From: Eledone cirrhosa
Taxonomy: Eukaryota
Direction: 5' to 3'
Assembly: GCA_964016885.1 (NCBI GenBank)
Contig: OZ024740.1
Coordinates: 32,860,001 to 32,924,000 of the forward strand
Length of the DNA: 64,000 bases
Both the position numbers and the translations under genes were made by a program. Shown one piece after another: positions 43,601 to 57,300 of the stretch. Under the pieces are notes generated by a model that was not told the DNA's origin, searched no databases, and saw only the letters and a list, made by a program, of their open reading frames with translations. The first letter of the stretch is position 1, and each line of letters opens with the position of its first letter.

Positions 43601-46600
43601 ATGTGAGAGAGACAGTAAGTAACAGGTGAGAGAGACAGTATGTAACATGTGAGAGACAGTATGTAACATGTAAGAGACAGTATGTAACATGTGAGAGAAA
43701 CAATATGTAACAGGTGAGAGACAGTATGTAACAGGTGAGAGGGAAAGTATGCAACAGGTGAGAGGGAAAGTATGTAACAGGTGAGAGTCAGTATGTAACA
43801 TGTGGGAGACAGTATGTAACATGTGAGAGACAGTATGTAACAGATGAGAGAGACAGTATGTAACAGGTGAGAGAGACAGAATCTAACAGGTGAGAGACAC
43901 AGAATCTAACAGGTGAGAGAGACAGTATGTAACAGGTGAGAGAGACGGTATGTAACAGGTGAGAGAGACAGTATGTAACAGGTGAGAGAGACAGTATGTA
44001 ACAGATGAGAGAGACAGTATGTAACAGGTGAGAGAGACAGTATGTAACATGTGAGAGAGACAATATGTAACAGGGAGAGACAGTATGTAACAGGTGAGAG
44101 ACAGTATGTAACAGGTGAGAGTCAGTATGTAACATGTGAAAGACAGTATGTAACATGTGAGAGACAGTATGTAACATGTGAGAGAGACAGTATGTAACAG
44201 ATGAGAGAGACAGTATGTAACATGTGAGAGAGACAGTATGTAACAGGTGAGAGAGACAGTATGTAACAGGTGAAAGAGACAGTATGTAAGAGGTGAAAGA
44301 GACAGTATGTAACAGATGAGAGAGACAGTATGTAACATGTGAGAGAGACAGTATGTAACATGTGAAAGAGACAGTATGTAAGAGGTGAGAGAGACAGTAT
44401 GTAAGTGGTGAGAGAGACAGTATGTAACAGATGAGAGAGACAGTATGTAACATGTGAGAGAGACAGTATGTAACAGGTGAGAGGGACAGTATGTAACATG
44501 TGACAGATAGTATGTAACATGTGAGACAGTATGTAACAGGTGAGAGAGACAGTATGTAACATGTGAGAGAGACAGTATGTAACATGTGAGTCAGTATGTA
44601 ACATGTGAGACAGTATGTAACAGGTGAGAGAGACAGTATGTAACATGTGAGAGAGACAGTATGTAAGAGGTGAGAGAGACAGTATGTAACAGATGAGAGA
44701 GACAGTATGTAACATGTGAGAGAGACAGTATGTAACAGCTGAGAGGGACAGTATGTAACATGTGACAGACAGTATGTAACATGTGAGAGACAGTATGTAA
44801 CATGTGAGAGACAGTATGTAACAGGTGAGAGACAGTATGTAACAGGTGAGAGAGACAGTATGTAACATGTGAGAGAGACAGTATGTAACATGTGAGAGTC
44901 AGTATGTAACATGTGAGAGTCAGTATGTAACATGTGAGACAGTATGTAACAGATGAGAGAGACAGTATGTAACATGTAAGAGAGACAGTATGTAACAGGT
45001 GAGAGAGACAGTATGTAACAGGTGAGAGAGACAGTATGTAACAGGTGAGAGAGACAGTATGTAACAGGTGAGAGGGACAGTATGTAACAGGTGAGAGAGA
45101 CAGTATGTAACAGGTGAGAGAGTCAGTATGTAACAGGTGAGAGAGACAGTATGTAACAGGTGAGAGAGACAGAATCTAACAGGTGAGAGGGACAGTATGT
45201 AACAGGAGAGAGACAGTATGTAACAGATGAGAGAGACACTATGTAACAGGTGAGAGGGACAGTATGTAACAGGTGAGAGACACAGTATGTAACAGGTGAG
45301 AGACACAGTATGTAACAGGTGAGAGGGACAGTATGTAACAGGTGAGAGGGACAGTATGTAACAGATGAGAGAGACAGAATCTAACAGGTGAGAGACTTAG
45401 TATGTAACAGGTGAGAGAGACAGTATATAACATGTGAGAGACAGTATGTAACATGTGAGAGAGACAGTATGTAACAGGTGAGAGGGACAGTATGTAACAG
45501 GTGAGAGAGACATTATGTAACAGGTGAGAGGGATAGTATGTAACAGGTGAGAGAGACAGTATGTAACAGGTGAGAGACAGTATGTAACAGATGAGAGTCA
45601 CAGTATGTAACAAGTGAGAGAGACAGTATGTAACAGGTGAGAGAGACAGTATGTAACAGGTGAGATTCAGTATGTAACATGTGAGAGAGACAGTATGTAA
45701 CAGGTGAGAGAGACAGTATGTAACAGGTGAGAGGGACAGAATGTAACAGGTGAGAGAGTCAGTATGTAACAGATGAGAGAGACAGTATGTAACAGATGAG
45801 AGAGACAGTATGTAACAGATGAGAGAGACAGTATGTAACAGGTGAGAGAGACAGTATGTAACAGGTGAGAGACAGTATGTAACATGTGAGAGGGACAGTA
45901 TGTAACAGGTGAGAGGGACAGTATGTAACAGGTGAGAGGGACAGTATGTAACAGGTGAGAGGGACAGTATGTAACAGGTGAGAGGGACAGTATGTAACAG
46001 GTGAGAGACAGTATGTAACAGGTGAGAGACAGTATGTAACAGGTGAGAGGGACAGTATGTAACAGGTGAGAGGGACAGTATGTAACAGGTGAGAGAGACA
46101 GTATGTAACAGGTGAGAGAGACAGTACGTAACAGGTGAGAGGGAAAGTATGTAACAGGTGAGAGTCAGTATGTAACAGATGAGAGAGACAGTATGTAACA
46201 GGTGAGGGAGACATTATGTAACAGGTGAGAGACAGTATGTAACAGGTGAGAGGGATAGTATGTAACAGGTGAGAGGGATAGTATGTAACAGGTGAGAGAG
46301 ACAGTATGTAACAGGTGAGAGGGACAGTATGTAACAGGTGAGAGACAGTATGTAACAGATGAGAGTCACAGTATGTAACAGGTGAGGGAGACATTATGTA
46401 ACAGGTGAGAGACAGTATGTAACAGGTGAGAGGGATAGTATGTAACAGGTGAGAGGGATAGTATGTAACAGGTGAGAGAGACAGTATGTAACAGGTGAGA
46501 GGGACAGTATGTAACAGGTGAGAGGGACAGTATGTAACAGGTGAGAGACACCGTATGTAACAGGTGACAGACACAGTATGTAACAGGTGAGAGAGACAGT

Positions 46601-47865
46601 ATGTAACAGGTGAGAGACAGTATGTAACAGGTGAGGACAGTATGTAACAGGTGAGAGAGACAGTATGTAACAGGTGAGAAAGACATTATGTAACAGGTGA
46701 GAGGGATAGTATGTAACAGGTGAGAGGGATAGTATGTAACAGGTGAGAGAGACAGTATGTAACAGGTGAGAGACAGTATGTAACAGATGAGAGTCACAGT
46801 ATGTAACAGGTGAGAGAGTCAGTATGTAACAGGTGAGAGAGACAGTATGTAACAGGTGAGAGAGACAGTATGTAACAGGTGAGAGGGAGAGTATGTAACA
46901 GGTGAGAGGGAGAGTATGTAACAGGTGAGAGGGACAGTATGTAACAGGTGAGAGAGACAGTATGTAACTTGTGAGAGACAGTATGTAACAGGTGAGAGAG
47001 ACACTATGTAACAGGTGAGAGACAGTATGTAACAGGTGAGAAGGACAGTATGTAACAGGTGAGAGAGACAGTATGTAACAGGTGAGAGAGACAGTATGTA
47101 ACAGGTGAGAGACAGTATGTAACATGTGAGACAGTATGTAACATGTGAGACAGTATGTAACATGTGAGAGAGACAGTAAGTAACAGGTGAGAGAGACAGT
47201 ATGTAACATGTGAGAGACAGTATGTAACATGTAAGAGACAGTATGTAACATGTGAGAGAAACAATATGTAACAGGTGAGAGACAGTATGTAACAGGTGAG
47301 AGGGAAAGTATGCAACAGGTGAGAGGGAAAGTATGTAACAGGTGAGAGTCAGTATGTAACATGTGGGAGACAGTATGTAACATGTGAGAGACAGTATGTA
47401 ACAGATGAGAGAGACAGTATGTAACAGGTGAGAGAGACAGTATGTAACAGGTGAGAGAGACAGAATCTAACAGGTGAGAGACACAGAATCTAACAGGTGA
47501 GAGAGACAGTATGTAACAGGTGAGAGAGACGGTATGTAACAGGTGAGAGAGACAGTATGTAACAGGTGAGAGAGACAGTATGTAACAGATGAGAGAGACA
47601 GTATGTAACAGGTGAGAGAGACAGTATGTAACATGTGAGAGAGACAATATGTAACAGGGAGAGACAGTATGTAACAGGTGAGAGACAGTATGTAACAGGT
47701 GAGAGGGAAAGTATGTAACAGGTGAGAGTCAGTATGTAACATGTGAAAGACAGTATGTAACATGTGAGAGACAGTATGTAACATGTGAGAGAGACAGTAT
47801 GTAACAGATGAGAGAGACAGTATGTAACAGATGAGAGAGACAGTATGTAACAGATGAGAGAGACA
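37650..47865 (+). repeat. 10.2-kb tandem duplication, copy 2
   Basis: Matches copy 1 until C37679 versus G47866, where the copies diverge. Confidence 0.95.
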
Positions 47866-50800
47866 GTATGTAACATGTGAGAGAGACAGTATGTAACAGG
47901 TGAAAGAGACAGTATGTAAGAGGTGAAAGAGACAGTATGTAACAGATGAGAGAGACAGTATGTAACAGGTGAGAGGGACAGTATGTAACAGGTGAGAGGG
48001 ACAGTATGTAACAGGTGAGAGAGACAGTATGTAACAAGTGAGAGAGACAGTATGTAACAGGTGATAGAGACAGTATGTAACAAGTGAGAGAGACAGTATG
48101 TAACAGGTGAGAGACTTAGTATGTAACAGGTGAGAGAGACAGTATATAACATGAGAGACAGTATGTAACATGTGAGAGAGACAGTATGTAACAGGTGAGA
48201 GGGACAGTATGTAACAGGTGAGAGAGACATTATGTAACAGGTGAGAGGGATAGTATGTAACAGGTGAGAGAGACAGTATGTAACAGGTGAGAGACAGTAT
48301 GTAACAGATGAGAGTCACAGTATGTAACAAGTGAGAGAGACAGTATGTAACAGGTGAGAGAGACAGTATGTAACAGGTGAGATTCAGTATGTAACATGTG
48401 AGAGAGACAGTATGTAACAGGTGAGAGAGACAGTATGTAACAGGTGAGAGGGACAGAATGTAACAGGTGAGAGAGTCAGTATGTAACAGATGAGAGAGAC
48501 AGTATGTAACAGATGAGAGAGACAGTATGTAACAGATGAGAGAGACAGTATGTAACAGGTGAGAGAGACAGTATGTAACAGGTGAGAGACAGTATGTAAC
48601 ATGTGAGAGGGACAGTATGTAACAGGTGAGAGGGACAGTATGTAACAGGTGAGAGGGACAGTATGTAACAGGTGAGAGGGACAGTATGTAACAGGTGAGA
48701 GGGACAGTATGTAACAGGTGAGAGGGACAGTATGTAACAGGTGAGAGACAGTATGTAACATGTGAGAGGGACAGTATGTAACAGGTGAGAGGGACAGTAT
48801 GTAACAGGTGAGAGACAGTATGTAACAGGTGAGAGGGACAGTATGTAACAGGTGAGAGGGACAGTATGTAACAGGTGAGAGAGACAGAATGTAACAGGTG
48901 AGAGAGACAGTACGTAACAGGTGAGAGAGACAATATGTAACAGGTGAGAGACAGTATGTAACAGGTGAGAGGGACAGTATGTAACAGGTGAGAGGGACAG
49001 TATGTAACAGGTGAGAGAGACAGTATGTAACAGGTGAGAGAGACAGTACGTAACAGGTGAGAGAGACAATATGTAACAGGTGAGAGACAGTATGTAACAG
49101 GTGAGAGGGACAGTATGTACAGGTGAGGGAGACAGTATGTAACAGGTGAGAGAGACAGTATGTAACAGGTGAGAGGGACAGTATGTAACAGGTGAGAGAC
49201 ACCGTATGTAACAGGTGACAGACACAGTATGTAACAGGTGAGAGAGACAGTATGTAACAGGTGAGAGACAGTATGTAACAGGTGAGGACAGTATGTAACA
49301 GGTGAGAGAGACAGTATGTAACAGGTGAGAAAGACATTATGTAACAGGTGAGAGGGATAGTATGTAACAGGTGAGAGGGATAGTATGTAACAGGTGAGAG
49401 AGACAGTATGTAACAGGTGAGAGACAGTATGTAACAGATGAGAGTCACAGTATGTAACAGGTGAGAGAGTCAGTATGTAACAGGTGAGAGAGACAGTATG
49501 TAACAGGTGAGAGAGACAGTATGTAACAGGTGAGAGGGAGAGTATGTAACAGGTGAGAGGGACAGTATGTAACAGGTGAGAGAGACAGTATGTAACATGT
49601 GAGAGACAGTATGTAACAGGTGAGAGAGACACTATGTAACAGGTGAGAGACAGTATGTAACAGGTGAGAAGGACAGTATGTAACAGGTGAGAGAGACAGT
49701 ATGTAACAGGTGAGAGAGACAGTATGTAACAGGTGAGAGACAGTATGTAACATGTGAGACAGTATGTAACATGTGAGACAGTATGTAACATGTGAGAGAG
49801 ACAGTAAGTAACAGGTGAGAGAGACAGTATGTAACATGTGAGAGACAGTATGTAACATGTAAGAGACAGTATGTAACATGTGAGAGAAACAATATGTAAC
49901 AGGTGAGAGACAGTATGTAACAGGTGAGAGGGAAAGTATGCAACAGGTGAGAGGGAAAGTATGTAACAGGTGAGAGTCAGTATGTAACATGTGGGAGACA
50001 GTATGTAACATGTGAGAGACAGTATGTAACAGATGAGAGAGACAGTATGTAACAGGTGAGAGAGACAGTATGTAACAGGTGAGAGAGACAGAATCTAACA
50101 GGTGAGAGACACAGAATCTAACAGGTGAGAGAGACAGTATGTAACAGGTGAGAGAGACGGTATGTAACAGGTGAGAGAGACAGTATGTAACAGGTGAGAG
50201 AGACAGTATGTAACAGATGAGAGAGACAGTATGTAACAGGTGAGAGAGACAGTATGTAACATGTGAGAGAGACAATATGTAACAGGGAGAGACAGTATGT
50301 AACAGGTGAGAGACAGTATGTAACAGGTGAGAGGGAAAGTATGTAACAGGTGAGAGTCAGTATGTAACATGTGAAAGACAGTATGTAACATGTGAGAGAC
50401 AGTATGTAACATGTGAGAGAGACAGTATGTAACAGATGAGAGAGACAGTATGTAACAGATGAGAGAGACAGTATGTAACAGATGAGAGAGACAGTATGTA
50501 ACATGTGAGAGAGACAGTATGTAACAGGTGAAAGAGACAGTATGTAAGAGGTGAAAGAGACAGTATGTAACAGATGAGAGAGACAGTATGTAACAGGTGA
50601 GAGGGACAGTATGTAACAGGTGAGAGGGACAGTATGTAACAGGTGAGAGAGACAGTATGTAACAAGTGAGAGAGACAGTATGTAACAGGTGATAGAGACA
50701 GTATGTAACAAGTGAGAGAGACAGTATGTAACAGGTGAGAGACTTAGTATGTAACAGGTGAGAGAGACAGTATATAACATGAGAGACAGTATGTAACATG

Positions 50801-51343
50801 TGAGAGAGACAGTATGTAACAGGTGAGAGGGACAGTATGTAACAGGTGAGAGAGACATTATGTAACAGGTGAGAGGGATAGTATGTAACAGGTGAGAGAG
50901 ACAGTATGTAACAGGTGAGAGACAGTATGTAACAGATGAGAGTCACAGTATGTAACAAGTGAGAGAGACAGTATGTAACAGGTGAGAGAGACAGTATGTA
51001 ACAGGTGAGATTCAGTATGTAACATGTGAGAGAGACAGTATGTAACAGGTGAGAGAGACAGTATGTAACAGGTGAGAGGGACAGAATGTAACAGGTGAGA
51101 GAGTCAGTATGTAACAGATGAGAGAGACAGTATGTAACAGATGAGAGAGACAGTATGTAACAGATGAGAGAGACAGTATGTAACAGGTGAGAGAGACAGT
51201 ATGTAACAGGTGAGAGACAGTATGTAACATGTGAGAGGGACAGTATGTAACAGGTGAGAGGGACAGTATGTAACAGGTGAGAGGGACAGTATGTAACAGG
51301 TGAGAGGGACAGTATGTAACAGGTGAGAGGGACAGTATGTAAC
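46520..51343 (+). repeat. Imperfect tandem duplication of about 2.63 kb (46520-48715 versus 49170-51343)
   Basis: Offset is 2651 at ACCGT (46550/49201), then 2628 (ORF ends 47647/50275 and 48230/50858; GATTCAG 48381/51009). Confidence 0.88.
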
Positions 51344-54300
51344 AGGTGAGAGAGACAGTATGTAACAGGTGAGAGACAGTATGTAACATGTGAGACAGTA
51401 TGTAACATGTGAGACAGTATGTAACATGTGAGAGAGACAGTAAGTAACAGGTGAGAGAGACAGTATGTAACATGTGAGAGACAGTATGTAACATGTAAGA
51501 GACAGTATGTAACATGTGAGAGAAACAATATGTAACAGGTGAGAGACAGTATGTAACAGGTGAGAGGGAAAGTATGCAACAGGTGAGAGGGAAAGTATGT
51601 AACAGGTGAGAGTCAGTATGTAACATGTGGGAGACAGTATGTAACATGTGAGAGACAGTATGTAACAGATGAGAGAGACAGTATGTAACAGGTGAGAGAG
51701 ACAGTATGTAACAGGTGAGAGAGACAGAATCTAACAGGTGAGAGACACAGAATCTAACAGGTGAGAGAGACAGTATGTAACAGGTGAGAGAGACGGTATG
51801 TAACAGGTGAGAGAGACAGTATGTAACAGGTGAGAGAGACAGAATGTAACAGATGAGAGAGACAGTATGTAACAGGTGAGAGAGACAGTATGTAACATGT
51901 GAGAGAGACAATATGTAACAGGGAGAGACAGTATGTAACAGGTGAGAGACAGTATGTAACAGGTGAGAGGGAAAGTATGTAACAGGTGAGAGTCAGTATG
52001 TAACATGTGAAAGACAGTATGTAACATGTGAGAGACAGTATGTAACATGTGAGAGAGACAGTATGTAACAGATGAGAGAGACAGTATGTAACAGATGAGA
52101 GAGACAGTATGTAACAGATGAGAGAGACAGTATGTAACATGTGAGAGAGACAGTATGTAACAGGTGAAAGAGACAGTATGTAAGAGGTGAAAGAGACAGT
52201 ATGTAACAGATGAGAGAGACAGTATGTAACAGGTGAGAGGGACAGTATGTAACAGGTGAGAGGGACAGTATGTAACAGGTGAGAGAGACAGTATGTAACA
52301 AGTGAGAGAGACAGTATGTAACAGGTGATAGAGACAGTATGTAACAAGTGAGAGAGACAGTATGTAACAGGTGAGAGACAATATGTAACAGGTGAGAGAG
52401 ACAGTATGTAACAAGAGAGAGACAGAGTATGTAACAGGTGATAGAGACAGTATGTAACAAGTGAGAGACAGTATATAACAAGTGAGAGACACAGTATGTA
52501 ACATGTGAGAGAGACAGTATGTAACAGGTGAGAGAGACAATATGTAACAGGTGAGAGAGACAGTATGTAACAAGTGATAGACACAGTATGTAACAGGTGA
52601 TAGAGACAGTATGTAACAAGTGAGAGAGACAGTATGTAACAAGTGAGAGACACAGTATGTAACATGTGAGAGAGACAGTATGTAACAGGTGAGAGAGACA
52701 GTATGTAACAGGTGAGAGAGACAGTATGTAACAGGTGAGCGAGACAATATGTAACAGGTGAGAGAGACAATATGTAACAGGTGAGAGAGACAATATGTAA
52801 CAGGTGAGAGACAGTATGTAACAGGTGAGAGACAGTATGTAACAGGTGAGAGAGACAATATGTAACAGGTGAGAGAGACAGTATGTAACAGGTGATAGAG
52901 ACAGTATGTAACAAGTGAGAGAGACAGTATGTAACAAGTGAGAGACACAGTATGTAACATGTGAGAGAGACAGTATGTAACAGGTGAGAGGGACAGTATG
53001 TAACATGTGAGAGACAGTATGTAACAGGTGAGAGAGACAGTATGTAACATGTGAGAGACAGTATGTAACATGTGAGACAGTATGTAACAGGTGAGAGAGA
53101 CAGTATGTAACAGGTGAGAGAGACAGTATGTAACAGGTGAGAGAGACAGTATGTAACAGGTGAGAGACAGTATGTAACAAGTGAGAGAGACAATATGTAA
53201 CAGGTGAGAGAGTCAGTATGTAACAGGTGAGAGAGTCAGTATGTAACAGGTGAGAGAGTCAGTATGTAACAGGTGAGAGAGTCAGTATGTAACAGGTGAG
53301 AGACAGTATGTAACAGGTGAGAGGGACAGTATGTAACAGGTGAGAGAGACAGTATGTAACAGGTGAGAGAGACAGTATGCAACAGGTGAGAGAGACAGTA
53401 TGCAACAGGTGAGAGAGACAGAATCTAACAGGTGAGAGAGACAGAATGTAACAGGTGAGAGGGACAGAATCTAACAGGTGAGAGGGACAGTATGTAACAG
53501 GTGAGAGGGACAGTATGTAACAGGTGAGAGGGACAGTATGCAACAGGTGAGAGAGACAGAATCTAACAGGTGAGAGAGACAGAATGTAACAGGTGAGAGG
53601 GACAGAATCTAACAGGTGAGAGGGACAGAATCTAACAGGTGAGAGGGACAGTATGTAACAGGTGAGAGGGACAGTATGCAACAGGTGAGAGAGACAGAAT
53701 CTAACAGGTGAGAGGGACAGTATGTAACAGGTGAGAGGGACAGTATGTAACAGGTGAGAGGGACAGTATGTAACAGGTGAGAGAGACAGTATGTAACAGA
53801 TGAGAGAGACACTATGTAACAGGAAGAGAGACAGTATGTAACAGGTGAGAGGGACAGTATGTAACAGGTGAGAGACACCGTATGTAACAGGTGACAGACA
53901 CAGTATGTAACAGGTGAGAGAGACAGTATGTAACAGGTGAGAGGGACAGTATGTAACAGGTGAGAGGGACAGTATGTAACAGGTGAGAGACAGTATGTAA
54001 CAGGTGAGAGGGACAGTATGTAACAGGTGAGAGGGACAGTATGTAACAGGTGAGAGAGACAGTATGTAACAGGTGAGAGGGACAATATGTAACAGGTGAG
54101 AGAGACAGTACGTAACAGGTGAGAGAGACAATATGTAACAGGTGAGAGACAGTATGTAACAGGTGAGAGGGAAAGTATGTACAGGTGAGAGAGACAGTAT
54201 GTAACAGGTGAGAGAGACAGTATGTAACAGGTGAGAGGGACAATATGTAACAGGTGAGAGAGACAGTACGTAACAGGTGAGAGAGACAATATGTAACAGG

Positions 54301-57300
54301 TGAGAGACAGTATGTAACAGGTGAGAGGGAAAGTATGTACAGGTGAGAGAGACAGTATGTAACAGGTGAGAGAGACAGTATGTAACAGGTGACAGACACA
54401 GTATGTAACAGGTGAGAGAGACAGTATGTAACAGGTGAGGACAGTATGTAACAGGTGAGAGAGACAGTATGTAACAGGTGAGAAAGACATTATGTAACAG
54501 GTGAGAGGGATAGTATGTAACAGGTGAGAGAGACAGTATGTAACAGGTGAGAGACAGTATGTAACAGATGAGAGTCACAGTATGTAACAGGTGAGAGAGT
54601 CAATATGTAACAGGTGAGAGAGACAGTATGTAACAGGTGAGAGAGACAGTATGTAACAGGTGAGAGGGACAGTATGTAACAAGTGAGAGAGACAGTATGT
54701 AACATGTGAGAGACAGTATGTAACAGGTGAGAGAGACACTATGTAACAGGTGAGAGACAGTATGTAACAGGTGAGAAGGACAGTATGTAACAGGTGAGAG
54801 AGACAGTATGTAACAGGTGAGAGAGACAGTATGTAACAGGTGAGAGAGACAGTATGTAACAGGTGAAAGACAGTATGTAACATGTGAGACAGTATGTAAC
54901 ATGTGAGACAGTATGTAACATGTGAGAGAGACAGTAAGTAACAGGTGAGAGAGACAGTATGTAACATGTGAGAGACAGTATGTAACATGTAAGAGACAGT
55001 ATGTAACATGTGAGAGAAACAATATGTAACAGGTGAGAGACAGTATGTAACAGGTGAGAGGGAAAGTATGCAACAGGTGAGAGGGAAAGTATGTAACAGG
55101 TGAGAGTCAGTATGTAACATGTGGGAGACAGTATGTAACAGGTGAGAGACAGTATGTAACAGGTGAGAAGGACAGTATGTAACAGGTGAGAGAGACAGTA
55201 TGCAACAGGTGAGAGAGACAGAATCTAACAGGTGAGAGAGACAGAATCTAACAGGTGAGAGAGACAGAATCTAACAGGTGAGAGGGACAGTATGTAACAG
55301 GTGAGAGGGACAGTATGTAACAGGTGAGAGAGACAGTATGTAACAGGTGAGAGAGACAGAATCTAACAGGTGAGAGACACAGAATCTAACAGGTGAGAGA
55401 GACAGTATGTAACAGGTGAGAGAGACGGTATGTAACAGGTGAGAGAGACAGTATGTAACAGGTGAGAGAGACAGTATGTAACAGATGAGAGAGACAGTAT
55501 GTAACAGGTGAGAGAGACAGTATGTAACATGTGAGAGAGACAATATGTAACAGGGAGAGACAGTATGTAACAGGTGAGAGACAGTATGTAACAGGTGAGA
55601 GGGAAAGTATGTAACAGGTGAGAGTCAGTATGTAACATGTGAAAGACAGTATGTAACATGTGAGAGACAGTATGTAACATGTGAGAGAGACAGTATGTAA
55701 CAGATGAGAGATACAGTATGTAACAGATGAGAGAGACAGTATGTAACATGTGAGAGAGACAGTATGTAACAGGTGAGAGAGACAGTATGTAACAGGTGAA
55801 AGAGACAGTATGTAAGAGGTGAAAGAGACAGTATGTAACAGATGAGAGAGACAGTATGTAACAGGTGAGAGGGACAGTATGTAACAGGTGAGAGGGACAG
55901 TATGTAACAGGTGAGAGAGACAGTATGTAACAAGTGAGAGAGACAGTATGTAACAGGTGATAGAGACAGTATGTAACAAGTGAGAGAGACAGTATGTAAC
56001 AGGTGAGAGACAATATGTAACAGGTGAGAGAGACAGTATGTAACAAGAGAGAGACAGAGTATGTAACAGGTGATAGAGACAGTATGTAACAAGTGAGAGA
56101 GACAGTATATAACAAGTGAGAGACGCAGTATGTAACATGTGAGAGAGACAGTATGTAACAGGTGAGAGAGACAATATGTAACAGGTGAGAGAGACAGTAT
56201 GTAACAAGTGATAGACACAGTATGTAACAGGTGATAGAGACAGTATGTAACAAGTGAGAGAGACAGTATGTAACAAGTGAGAGACACAGTATGTAACATG
56301 TGAGAGAGACAGTATGTAACAGGTGAGAGAGACAGTATGTAACAGGTGAGAGAGACAGTATATAACAGGTGAGCGAGACAATATGTAACAGGTGAGAGAG
56401 ACAATATGTAACAGGTGAGAGAGACAATATGTAACAGGTGAGAGACAGTATGTAACAGGTGAGAGACAGTATGTAACAGGTGAGAGAGACAATATGTAAC
56501 AGGTGAGAGAGACAGTATGTAACAGGTGATAGAGACAGTATGTAACAAGTGAGAGAGACAGTATGTAACGAGTGAGAGACACAGTATGTAACATGTGAGA
56601 GACACAGTATGTAACATGTGAGAGAGACAATATGTAACAGGTGAGAGAGACAGTATGTAACAAGTGAGACACAGTATGTAACAGGTGATAGAGACAGTAT
56701 GTAACAAGTGAGAGAGACAGTATGTAACAAGTGAGAGACACAGTATGTAACATGTGAGAGAGACAGTATGTAACAGGTGAGAGGGACAGTATGTAACATG
56801 TGAGAGACAGTATGTAACAGGTGAGAGAGACAGTATGTAACATGTGAGAGACAGTATGTAACATGTGAGACAGTATGTAACAGGTGAGAGAGACAGTATG
56901 TAACAGGTGAGAGAGACAGTATGTAACAGGTGAGAGAGACAGTATGTAACAGGTGAGAGACAGTATGTAACAAGTGAGAGAGACAATATGTAACAGGTGA
57001 GAGAGTCAGTATGTAACAGGTGAGAGAGTCAGTATGTAACAGGTGAGAGAGACAGTATGTAACAGGTGAGAGAGACAGTATGCAACAGGTGAGAGAGACA
57101 GAATCTAACAGGTGAGAGAGACAGAATCTAACAGGTGAGAGAGACAGAATCTAACAGGTGAGAGGGACAGTATGTAACAGGTGAGAGGGACAGTATGTAA
57201 CAGGTGAGAGAGACAGTATGTAACAGGTGAGATAGACAGTATGTAACAGATGAGAGAGACACTATGTAACAGGAAGAGAGACAGTATGTAACAGGTGAGA

